Source of the DNA: Lepidodermella squamata | Taxonomy: Eukaryota; Animalia; Gastrotricha | NCBI GenBank assembly: GCA_047495785.1 | Contig: JBLDXI010000013.1 | Span: 3,100,001-3,164,000, forward strand | Length of the DNA stretch: 64,000 nucleotides | Direction of reading: 5' to 3' | Shown: positions 36,799-48,380 of the stretch, in pieces | How positions within the stretch are numbered: the stretch's first letter is position 1 | Layout of the letters: every line of letters starts with the position of its first letter | Notes under the pieces: model-generated | What the model saw: the letters and a program-made list of their open reading frames with translations, nothing else | Told to the model about the DNA's origin: nothing | The model's database searches: none | Position numbers and translations under genes: made by a program

Positions 36799-39243
36799 CT
36801 ATTTTACTTCCTTTTCAAGTTTATTGAATAAACCCAGTACTTTTTTGGCGCCGCGACTTTCCGCCACCTCTTTCGGGTAGAAACCATCATTATTCCGCTC
36901 ACCAGCCATTCCCACCACCCGCTCGATTAGGAATTTCGCCAGAGTGGGGTTATCGAACCTAGCAGCGTAGTGCAAAGCGTTGTTGCCAGAATGGTCCCGA
37001 TCGTTCAAATCGCCGCCTTTCGAAGCCAGAAATTCAACCGCCTTGACATTTCCAGCAAAAGCCGCTGTTAATAGCGGCGTTCGACCGGAACTGTCACGCT
37101 TCGATAAACCAGCCGCATTTTCCGAGTTGAAATAAGCCAATAAACTCGTATCATTCAATGAAGCGGATCGATGGAAAACAGTTTGGTTTCGAGAATCAAG
37201 GCTATTTATCAAATTAGGCGAGGCTCGAAGGATTAAATCCACAATTTTTCGGTCATTATTACTCGCCGCAAAATGGAGAATATTTTCGCCGTCCGAACTT
37301 AGCGAGTCAAGTTTCGCGTTTTTCGAAATCAAATATTTAACTGGTTCGATGAGGAAACTACTCGCCGCCATGAAAATCGGGGTTCTTTGAGCGTAGCCTG
37401 GATTGTTGATATTTGCCTTTAACGTCTCAACTAGGTATTTAACGATTTTCATATGGCCAGCAACTGCGGCTAAATTCAGCGCTGTGTTATTGAAGTAATT
37501 TCTCGCCTCTAGCAACTCTGGTCTTAGTTCGACCATCAATTTAACGACTTCAAATTTTCCGGTATAGGCAGCTTCGTGGAATGGCGAATAGCCAGCATGT
37601 GGGTAGTCGCGGTAGAAAACATCGGCATTGCAATTTCGAATAAGGTAGTCAACAATATCGAGATAGCCGGCATCTGATGCGTCCATTAAAGGCTTTTTGA
37701 ACTTTTGATAGTGCTCAATTAGCGGTTTGATGACGGCAGTGTCGTAGGGCGAGGCTTTGGTCCGGCTTCGCAGGTCTTTAATTACGGTTTTGACCTTGGC
37801 AAGGTCACCGCTTTTTACTGCATCGTGAAATCTCGGCGACAACTCTTCGACCTAAAATTGGGAAAAAACCAAAATAAATTATTAAAAATTTCAATTTCAA
37901 TTTCAATTGAATTTTTAAATTTTTAAAATTATGAAACATTTTTTAATAATTTAATTTAAATTAAAAAAATAGATTATCGAAAATCTCACTGCTTTTGCCA
38001 ACATCCAACCATCACTTTCATTTTTAGAGGCAGGCGGGTACAATCCAAAGTCTTCAATTCTCTTCACAATCGCCGCTAAGCTGACCCCGATTCGGAAATT
38101 TGGAGCTATAGCTCGATGGAATCCAATGACCTGATAACTTTTCCTATCGAGTATAGGCGAGCCTGAAGTCCCGTCTTGCGACAAACAATTATGCAAAATA
38201 TTTCCAGGCAATCCACGATTTTCTAAAATTTGCCCTGACATGAACGTCGCATCAGAGTAGGACGAAGGATGGCCAAATAAGATGATCTCACGGCCGAGAT
38301 CGTATTCAATATCAGGATGGCTGTAGTTCACAGCTATGAATTCGAAGCGTCTACGCATCAACATTTGAACAATTGTTGGGTGTAGCTCGAAAAATGTAAA
38401 ATCAAGATGCTCGTCCGTGAACCAGCCAAGCGTGTCGATGTGCATGCGAATTTCGAAATGTTCGGGATTAGTTGCCGAGTAGAAATGAGCATTCATTCTA
38501 GCACCAGCCGCAGGGACAATGAACCTCATTGGGATGGCTAAAATAAATAAAAAATAAAATAAAAAATGAACCTTTCTTCACACCTAACTTGTATTCTAGC
38601 TTTTCATTTTTTTTTGATATTTCTCTCTCTAGTATTCTATTTTTCAAACTATGTCTGGTTTTTTACGAATTGACCAATTTGGACAAGTGCGTCAAAGCAT
38701 CACATCGTGTCACTAGGAAACAGGTGAAATTCTTAAATAATTTATAAGATGAGAATTTTGCTGAAAATTCATGGTTGGTGATTCGAAGTTTCTAGATATT
38801 ATATGACCACCTCATGCCAAAAATGTGTATTTTGAAAAAAATTAAAATAAAATTTCATTTAAAATACTTTAATTTAACATTTTTCAAAATTTAAAAGATA
38901 TTTCAGTTTAACATAGCTTGGCGATTTTTAACTAAATTTTTACGATAATGTAATAGCGCATGTCCCTCTTACCATGGTTCGATGACATGAAGCCATAATG
39001 CGTACCGCTATGAACTGCCCCAGCCAGTTCGACGTAGCATAAAACGCCCGTAGCCGAACTTCCAGGTTTATTCGTCGGTGTAACATCGAGTTGGAAAATA
39101 CTATTCGCAATCCTGGCCAAATGCCTGTTCCAGAACTGCAGCTGAGGTTTCGCTTCGATAGGAACAGGTATTTCCGGGTTCGGATTTTGCCATGATTTGG
39201 ACGCTGAGTTCGCCAATATAAGCAGATTAAGCAGGATAAACAT
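36799..39243 (-). CDS. Signal peptide + trypsin-like serine protease + ankyrin-repeat fusion protein, copy 3 (3 exons)
   Basis: Exons 39243..38973, 38537..37990, 37851..36799; SSNH|AIP, LDF, GTSGSP, WMLAKA|VEEL, ankyrin repeats. Confidence 0.85.
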
Positions 39244-39463
39244 TACAAATTAGCGAGGACACGAATGCTGCAGTAAACAAAAAACGCCCTCGCACATCTC
39301 GTAAAGCTAATCAACCATTCAAAACTTCCTACTCGACGCTTTATATGTCAATTTTATTCATGGAACTAAAAGTGACAAAGGGTTTATACGAGACTAAACA
39401 CACATTTACCTTTTAGGTGCGATAAAATAATGTCGAATTATATTATACCCCAGTTCTTCCCAG

Positions 39464-41899
39464 TTAAAATGCTGCCAGAGCGAAATAAAGATTGGCCGAA
39501 AGGAAAACTTCCAAGGCAACAAGAAATGTCAAAACATCCATGACACGAGCCAAAGAGATAAGGCCGATCAAATTCATACCAGAATTGAACTTGATCACCA
39601 TAGTTCTCGGGAAACTAATCGTCAGGGCAAACATGACGATTTCGTACAGCGTGACCGTGGCTGTTAGACCAGTTAGGATCAAAATATATCGGACCATTAG
39701 AATTTCTTGCGAGGTCTCCGGAATTCCGTGTAGTACGTCAGATTGCGCAACAATTAGAGCCAGCATTAAGCTCCCACTGAAAATGGCTCGATCATGCAAT
39801 TTCGGGTCGAAAATCAACGAACCAAATACTAGGACGATCAAAGTGTAACATGGGACTAACAGATTTACAATGTATTGATCTGGATCTCTAGCCAGGGTGA
39901 ACTTGATGATTGCGTAACCCGAGTTGGATGCTTTTTGAAGAGCTGAGGCGGTCACTCCGATATTTCCTGTAACAGACTGAACTCGCCAAATTTCGCTAAC
40001 CATTTTGTCCGTTCCAGTGAAAAACAGGCCTCCGAATGATAGGTACCTATCAGATTCTTCCAGTAGAAATGTCAAATCGCAGTATTGAGTATCGAACGGG
40101 AATTTCCTGAGATCAAGCCTGCACTTAGCCTGGAAAACTCCAAACCGAATCCAGTGGTAGTACAACGTTCGATTCGGTAGCGTTGGGTAGTAGGCAATTT
40201 GAAATTGCTCAGACAGGGTGGTAGATTCCATGTAGAGATCCGTGGATGCATTGGCGAGGCGCATGTAAGGATACCAAACTTCCCGCTTATCGACTTTGTA
40301 CACTCTTTCGGCATCGTCTACGTAGGGTGCCGTGTACTGAGAGCCACAGACCGATACACTCCACTGAAGCTTCAGCATGGCAAAGAGTGAGACTTCAGCA
40401 GTTATTGTATTTATGGTTGTCAGTCGATCGACAACGAATGAGATGTAGATTTTAGTTTTAGGTGCCGGGGCTCTGTTAAAAAAGATATAAGATTTCGAAG
40501 GGAATTACTCTGAAGTGAACTCACTTTACAGATGGTTTTATGTAAGGACATGCAAGAAGATCTGCTACCGTGATGTTTGGGTAGATGTTGCCTTCGATCA
40601 AATTAGGAATAGGGAATGCAGTGTCCTTATCTAGAGCGAAAGGATTGGGAGGAGATTCTTCGGTCGTACCATCTTGGTTAAGCATCGGATTGTACTCCGA
40701 TGGACTCGATGAACCTCCAGAGACCAATGTTGATGTTGACGATTTCAATGATGTGGCTGTTGACATGATTGTTGAAGTAGTTGATGGCCGATTTGTAGAA
40801 GATGCTGTTGGAGGGGCCGAAGTTGAAGGCGGTGTTGGTGATGATGAAGATGAGGGCGAAGATGAACTCGGTGTCAAAGTCGTAGTTGTTGTGGATGAGG
40901 ACTTCGATGTTGAGGTTGAAGATGTAGTCGTAGTAGTGACAGGGTTGGTAGTTGTTGTCGGCGGAGTGCAGTCGTAAAAAGCCACACTATGAAGATGCAA
41001 CGTGTCTGTGTTGTAGACGCTCATCGCCGCGATACCAAACATCATTGTCCTGTTCACGAAACTAGCCATCAAACTGCCACCGGGAATCGTTCGGTTGAAT
41101 GGCCCGTAGCAAGTCCCATTTTGCAGACAAACCGCAACCTTGGAAGATTTACCGTAAATTTTTTACATATTGGGTTTCAATTCTTACCATTAGGTTTTTC
41201 CCATTAGTAAGTTTGATCTGATAACGAACTCGACCGTCCTCGTTGAAGTAATGAGATCGGGGTACTGATTCGCAGCCGAATGCCCCTTCAGAACTGCAGT
41301 AGGTTCCAGCAGCTGGGGGGGCATCACTGTCATCGAAAATATCTGTGATCGAGTCCATCATCGGGCTAAACTGAACGCTAAAGCCTGTGAATAGCGTTTC
41401 GTTGATGTTGAACGTTTTCACTAAAAAAACGAAATTAGATTTGACTAGCTATAAAAAACCGTGACCTACTGTTAGCGGTAGTTCTCATGATGGAGACATT
41501 TTCTGCAACGACCACTTTGAATCCGTGACTTGCTAGCCCATCATCGTCGATCATAGTTGCAGTTATTTCGATGAAGAAGTCACTCAAGAGAAAGGGCTGA
41601 ATTGAGGTGATTAATTAGCCCGAATTCATTAGTAATAGTGTAAGACAGACCGTTTTGCTCCACATTGTCGAAACCATGTCTTTCGTCCCTTCAGAAAGTA
41701 ACCTTATGGAATCAGAAGGCTGTCCTGTTGTGTTCAGTTTTTTGCCAGGATAGAAGTCCCAGTAAGAATTAATATCAGCAGTCAAGTTGAAAACTGAATA
41801 CTGCGGAACCAAGGTTCCACATTGTGTAATCATACCGGCGGAAACTTGGCAAATAACAACAAGAAGGCCGATACAACACTGCATAATCAACTGCCTCAT
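39464..41899 (-). CDS. Chimeric Cys-loop subunit H: signal peptide + L-type-lectin-like domain + Ser/Thr stalk + channel (5 exons, 743 aa)
   Basis: Exons 41899..41651, 41596..41470, 41420..41188, 41138..40525, 40472..39464 total 2232 nt in frame; LACPY family motif follows the stalk; WYP, CRLDLRKFPFDTQYC, four TM helices. Confidence 0.78.
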
Positions 41900-42396
41900 T
41901 TTGGCGATGGTTTAGCAGTTTAGACACTTTTGGCTTCTCGTTTGACGAATCTTTTTCAAAAACAGCGGTACATCAATCTGTTCAATCTACGCGTCTGCCC
42001 AGGTTGGGGACTTTTATCGCTAATGGCACTACTTTGCATAAAACATAAAAGGCGGGTATCGATTCTCTTCCGTAGATCCAAAAATAAGTTGCCATCGGCG
42101 GTCGTCAATATTTTGGCAGCTAGAAAAGTAGTCCGTTTCACGTATGAGATTTTTGATAAAACGTGTAGTGACGTCAAGAAAAGAGAGTGTTTGTTGCGTA
42201 GTGCAAAAGCCATTACCAACAGACGGAAAACACAATTAAGGAACTGCTCTTATATTGATTGCTGAGGAATGAATCCATCCTAGAAATAAACTTGAATTAA
42301 AACTGCTGGAACTTGAAATCGTTCAGTTTTATTCAAATTTAAAAACATCGCTTCAGTTCAGTCAATCTATACCCCAATATCATGAAGTATAAAGGG

Positions 42397-43775
42397 TCAA
42401 GACTGCATTATTCCAATGAATACGACGTTCATGCCAATAACGAAAATCGCCGAGATTGATGCGACAACAAGATCCGCAACTCTGTAGACAGATATTTTGC
42501 CTTTGCAGAAGTACATCTTGCTGTCAGATCGAGTCCAAGTGCAAGCAATTAGGGTGTAGGTGGTTATAAGACCAGCCACAACTAGATGCGCTTGAATGTA
42601 ATAGAATAGGTAGACGGGTGCTGATGTCTTCGGGATATCAGCCGTTACAACAGGTTGCAGAACTGATAGAGCAAGCATAACTGTAACAGCAAAAGCAGCG
42701 CGATCTGGCTCTTCAGGAGACATTATTAGGGCTACGAATTCGAGGGCGACCAAAATTAGCATCGGCATGAAGATGGCAAGTACGTAGTACTGAGCTCTAC
42801 GCTGGAAAGTGAACAGTATCCGGAAGAGGTTTTCGCCTTCTTTAGGTCGAGTCTTGTTATGGCCCATAAATTCCCAAACGCTTGAAGTGGGGACAAAGGC
42901 GGATTCTGGGGACTCATCCTTCTTCCCAGTAGTAATCGCTGATAATTCACTCGTTGTGTAGATGAGGATGTCCGCAAATGTGACCAGGCTAGCAGCTTCC
43001 ATTATTTCCATTTCCCAGTAACATGTTTGAGAATCGAAAGGAAATTTCTGGAGAGGTCTGCGATGATTAATTATGCGATTGATTTACGGAAAAATACCTT
43101 AGCATCTATCGTGCATACGGTGTCATACTTCCCGCGTCCTTCCATCGAAGCGTAAGGTCCGTAATTCCAAGCAATATCGGGAACTCCCGGAAAATCGCAA
43201 GCCAAACATTTGTGGACCACGACGTCTGTCAGTGAGCTTGGTAGAAAAATGTTAATAACATAAAATAATTAGCATAATACTGAAATAACAGACTCATCAA
43301 TAGAATCGGGGTTTTCATAAGCATTGCGAATTTTGACATTAGGATGCCAAGAATCATCTTTCGGCATCGAGACGCTGCTGAGAGCGTAGGCTTCCGGTGA
43401 GAGTAAAGTCTCATTCCAAGCAGCGCAAACTGGCAGGTACCACTCCATTTTAAATTGAGCGTGGATAGACAATCTATAAAATTAGATAGTGCAAAATGGT
43501 CAATTAAACACTAAATTTTACCGTTGTTCAACTTCTCTGAGTTCTAGCAAACGGCGCAAGTACAGGGTGATCATACTGTAAACCGGACTGTCAGGAGACA
43601 AGCTTGGCCGGCCTCGAGGGCTCCGAAATATTGCACATTGTTTGACTAGAAACTGATACAATTCTTCCTCGGGACAGTAAGATAGTCCTTTCTCATCACA
43701 GCAAGCCTCAGAACGAACTTCGATTATGCAGGCTGACACGTAAATAAGCTGTAGTAGAGATATTTTGTTCATCAT
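42397..43775 (-). CDS. Divergent Cys-loop subunit I
   Basis: CPEEELYQFLVKQC, WHP, CTIDAK|KFPFDSQTC, PDRAAFAVTVML. Confidence 0.88.
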
Positions 43776-43986
43776 ACGAGGAACTTCGAAAATGCGTCGG
43801 TCTAAAGCACACTACTGTGGAAATGCTCCAATAAAACTCGACATAGTGCATTTTTAATTGACTGCTATTCCCAAAAGGGCCTTGAATAATTTCTAAATTT
43901 ATTATAAGTGCGTGATTTTAAGTAACGAGGTTAAAATTCAGAGAACTCAAGTGTACAATATAGTTCGAAGAGCAAACAAATTTCAA

Positions 43987-45373
43987 CTATTCCGACTGCA
44001 TCAAAATCATAAAAATGGCATTAATTGCGATTTCCGCAAAAAGAGAAATGCCCGCTGCTACGATGTCACCGACTCGATAGATTGAAAGTTTCCCTTTGAA
44101 AAACGTTCGCTTGCTCTCAGTTCGACACCACGTGCAAGCAATTGTTATATAAGTCGTCATTAGCCCTGCAACGATCAGATGAGCCTGGATGTAGTAGAAC
44201 AAATAGACCGGCTTGGATGTTTTCGGAATGTCTGCTGTGACTACTGGCTGAAGGACAGATAGCGCCAGCATCACTGTAACGGCGAATGAAGCTCGATCTG
44301 GTTCCTCGGGCGACATGATGAGCGCAACGAATAGGAGAGCAAGAAGTATAGCCATGGGCATGAAGATAGCGAGAACGTAGTACTGCGCACGGCGCTGAAA
44401 CACCATTTTTACTTCAAATGCGTTAATAGATTTGTCTCTTTGGAAAGTGTAATGGCGGACGAATTCCCAGACACTTGATGATGGTACAAATGCAGCTTCT
44501 GGTGACGTATCTCGTTGTTCAGGATTCTCAGCGTTGGTGAAAACGCGCAAACCAGCGAAATATACAGTCTTTAGGTCTTCCTTCATAACCAATTGCCACT
44601 CGCAGGTTTGCTGGTCGAACGGAAATCTCTGAAAAAAATTAAAATATTAAGATGAATTATTAATTATTTTAATATTTTCCATTTCACCGTTGAATCCCAT
44701 GTACAAAGAGTATCATATTTACCAGAACCATCCAAAATAGGAAATGGTCCGTTCATTGTTTTCATAAAATCATCCTTGGGATCAGCCTTAAAATAGCAGT
44801 TCAGACACCTATGTACCGTGATATCGCCAAGCGATCTGTGAAAAAACAACGGGGTCTTAACTGTTAGAGGAATATTGAAAGGCAGCTCACTCTTCAATTG
44901 CATTTATGTTATCGTAGGCATTCGTCAGCAAGACATTTGGGTGCCAGATTTCATCTCGTCCGAACGTAGTTTCATTCAATGCGTTAGCCTCTGGTGATAA
45001 GGCAGATTCGTTCCATCTCGCGCAATCAGGAAGCAACCACTCCATCCGGAATTGTGCTTGAATTGACATTCTGGTTTGTTATAGAACAGTTATGTAATGA
45101 GCGTTACTTCCACACCAGTCGGATTAATCACCTTTGCTCGACTTCTTTGAGGTCGAGCAGCCGGAATAGGAAAACTTTCAGCATGCACTGAATAGGTTGG
45201 CCTGGATACAAAACAGGTAGGCCGCGAGGACTGCGTAGAGTCGCACATTGCTTCCTCAACGATTGATTCAGCTCTTCCTCTGGGCACAGCGGCAGGTCTT
45301 CATCATCGCAACACTTAGCAGCCAAAGTGGCTGTTACGAACAAAGAGATTATAACAGCTACAGAATAATGCAT
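43987..45373 (-). CDS. Divergent Cys-loop subunit J
   Basis: CPEEELNQSLRKQC, WHP, CTWDST|RFPFDQQTC, PDRASFAVTVML; close paralog of I. Confidence 0.88.
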
Positions 45374-45608
45374 ATCCAACAAAAGAATTCTCGCGAAACA
45401 AGTTTTTGAGAATAATTTGACGGTTAGATGCATACAATTGATTTTTCAAAGTTTTTTCCTGTTAAATCCAACCCGTCGACCGGCGGTAAAGCAAACAAAA
45501 CTTTATTGAAAATTTAAGTAATAAAGAAAAAAATAGATTTTTTAATTCGCAAGTTATGCATACATCAGAGAAGCAAATAACCCAGAAAACGACTCATCAT
45601 GCTTGATT

Positions 45609-46908
45609 TCAATTTTCAACGAACGAAATGAAGAAAAATGTCATATTCACTGTAAGTAGCGCGTAGACCACCAAAGTCGCAACTACAATATCGGAAATGC
45701 GATAGGCAGTAACCCTGATTCGCATAACTCGATATTTTCTCAGCGTCATCTCCTGAGTATTGCTCCTTGACCAGGTGCACAATACCAGGGAATGAATCGT
45801 TAGAATTCCGCTGATTATAAAATAGGTCTGAATGTAATACAGAAAATAAACCGGCTCCGTTGTCTTCGGTAAGTCGATTATCGAGCCAGGATGAAGCATA
45901 GTGAATGCCAGTAGCACAGCAGCACTGAATCCTGGCCTTTCCGGCTCTTCCGGATGCATGATCAATGCACCCAATTGAAGAGACATCAATACTTGAAATG
46001 GTAAAACTGTTGACAGCATGTAATGCTGGGGCGACCTTTCGAACCGCAGCCATAGCCAGTGAAGATTCATAGTTCTATCACCGGTTTCGTTCGTCCAATA
46101 CCGATCAAAGCGCCAAACATCAGCGGGTGATGCAAAGGGGATATTGTCGAAATCTCGCCCGTTAGCCTTCAACTCTTCCACGGTTTTGACGTTGAATGTA
46201 TTGACGACAAATTCTTCTCGTTTTTCTTCTGTCCAGATCTCCCAGGAACACTCGATTGAATGGAAAGGGAAACGTCGAATGTTGGTTGCTGAGCAGAATG
46301 TGTCGAATCTCCCGATTGAGGTGAAGGAAGCATAGGGCAAAGGAACTACCCCAGGGGCTTCGGGGAAGTCACAGCTAGTACAGTTTTGAACGCTAACTTC
46401 TCTGCCGGCATAGCTGTATGAAAGTGGCCTTAAAATAGACCTTTCGTGATCAAAACCTTACCTATCAATTTGATCGGGTTGAATGTAACCATTGCGAAGA
46501 AGAATTTTTGGAACCCACAGGTCGTCGCGCTTGAATCGGCATCTTCTCAGGGCATATGCTTCTTTCGTTAACGTTACTTTGTTCCATTGAGCGCATGATG
46601 GTAGGTACCAGTAGACCGTGACCAACGCTTGAAGCGACATGCTGTGATAGAAAACCAATTGATTAATGGAAAGGCCAATCCTGTAAATCCTTATACCGCT
46701 TTTCAACTTCATTGATCTCGACCAATCTGAGGAGTAAAACATCAACGTTAACGACTGGCTTGAAGACAGTTTCATAGGCGACTCTTGGCGGGCTTCGAGG
46801 ATTTTTCAATTCGGGACATTGTGCTTCGATTGATTGGCACAATTCCTCATCCGGGCTGGAAGAAGCCTTCTGCAGCAGGACGATCAGTATCAAAACTCTC
46901 CAAGTCAT
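45609..46908 (-). CDS. Divergent Cys-loop subunit K
   Basis: ELCQSIEAQCPEL, WVP, CSATNIRRFPFHSIEC (C-x14-C), PERPGFSAAVLL. Confidence 0.85.
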
Positions 46909-47013
46909 TCAGCTGCTAAGTTTGCAACCAACGAAAATCAATACATCAAAACTTTTCGAAAAACATGTTATTTTTAAGGCATCTCATCATCAAAAAGCTT
47001 TTAAATGTGAGTT

Positions 47014-48380
47014 CTAGGCGTAGACTGAGGAGAAGTATGAAATGTTAATGCCGATGACGATAATGGCGAAAATCACGCCAACGATAAGATCCACAATTCG
47101 AGGCCAGCTGATGTGCCAAAAAGCTGTTTTATCTTTACCATGCCCTTTCGTCCACGTTGTTGCAATCAGAACGTAGAGGGTAAGGGTGACTCCAAACGCC
47201 ATGTTACTGATGATGTAGTAGAAAATGTAAACTTCTTGTGCTGTCGATGGGATAGCGCTGAAAAATTGAGTTTGAAGGACTGAGAAGGCTAAGGTGACTG
47301 TCATCGAGAAGGCGGCTCTGTCTCCCGAATCCGGGGACATGATTAGAGTTCCGATTTGAAGAATCGACATCATGATAACAGGTAGAAAGATTGACAACAC
47401 ATAATACCTGAAAATTGGATAATCTCAATAAAGCAGAAAATGTTATTGAAAAATAAAAATTACTGGGATTTTCGTTGTAGCTCAAAGACGATTCGGAAAA
47501 GGCCGTAGTCCCGAGCGATGTACTCAATAAACACATTCGGGACATTCCAAATGTCAGATTTCGCTGTCATGGGTGTATCTTTGAAGACAAAATTTTCCTC
47601 AGCGCGCTGGACTATTGTATCGTTGATTTTGATTTGGGGCTGGGAGCCAAGTGCTGACTCTATGATGATTTCCAAGTAACAGCGCTGTTTATCATAGGGG
47701 AAATTCTGCAATAAGGAAACGTGAAATTGATAGTCGCAGCTGAAAACTGTCAATTACTTCGAAATTCATGGTGCACATAGATTCGAATAATCCGGAAGAC
47801 GTGAGCATCGCATGAAAACTGCCAACAGCCTCGTCAGGAAAAATAACGACATCGCTATTCGCATTTCTAACCCGCAAAACGGGGATTAAAAGCTGAAATT
47901 TCTCGAATTTTCTTACTTTTCTATTGCATCAATTTCGTCGTAGGCGTTAGATAGCCAGAACCTTGGCATCCAAGTGTCTTCTTTCTTAACTTGTACATAG
48001 TTGACGAGTTTAGCTTCCTCGGATAGATTGCTTGATTTGTACATATTCGGGTAAACTGGACAGGCTGGCAAGTACCAGTGAATTTCGAACCGACCTTGAA
48101 CTGACAGCCTTAAAACAAAATTTCAAGCATTGCAAGGACAGTATTTAGCCAACTTTTGCAGCAAATTGTCGAGACCGATGAGTCTTTTAGCAAAAAATAG
48201 AATCGAGATAGGCACTAGATCGGATTGTTTCACCACAGGACGTGCCATAGGACGACTGATATATGGGCAATAGTCTTCTAGCCATGCTCTGTACTCCTCT
48301 TCTGGGTAAAGGTGTGTGCCTTTGTCTGCAAGGGCGATGCAAAAAATCGCCGAAATTATAGATAGCCCTGAAACAATCAT
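47014..48380 (-). CDS. Divergent Cys-loop subunit L (~5 exons)
   Basis: WLEDYCPYI, WMP, CTMNFE|NFPYDKQRC, RKSQ|YYVL, GDRAAFSMTVTL. Confidence 0.85.

Noticed and set aside
30648-37842. Ankyrin ORFs as stand-alone genes or TRP-channel N-termini
   Set aside because: Each starts at a splice acceptor in phase with an upstream protease exon and ends at a stop with no TM segments.
40585-40977. Plus-strand Val/Asp/Glu-rich ORF (similarly 50240-50788, 51081-51497, 60779-60970)
   Set aside because: Antisense shadows of Ser/Thr-rich coding regions on the other strand.
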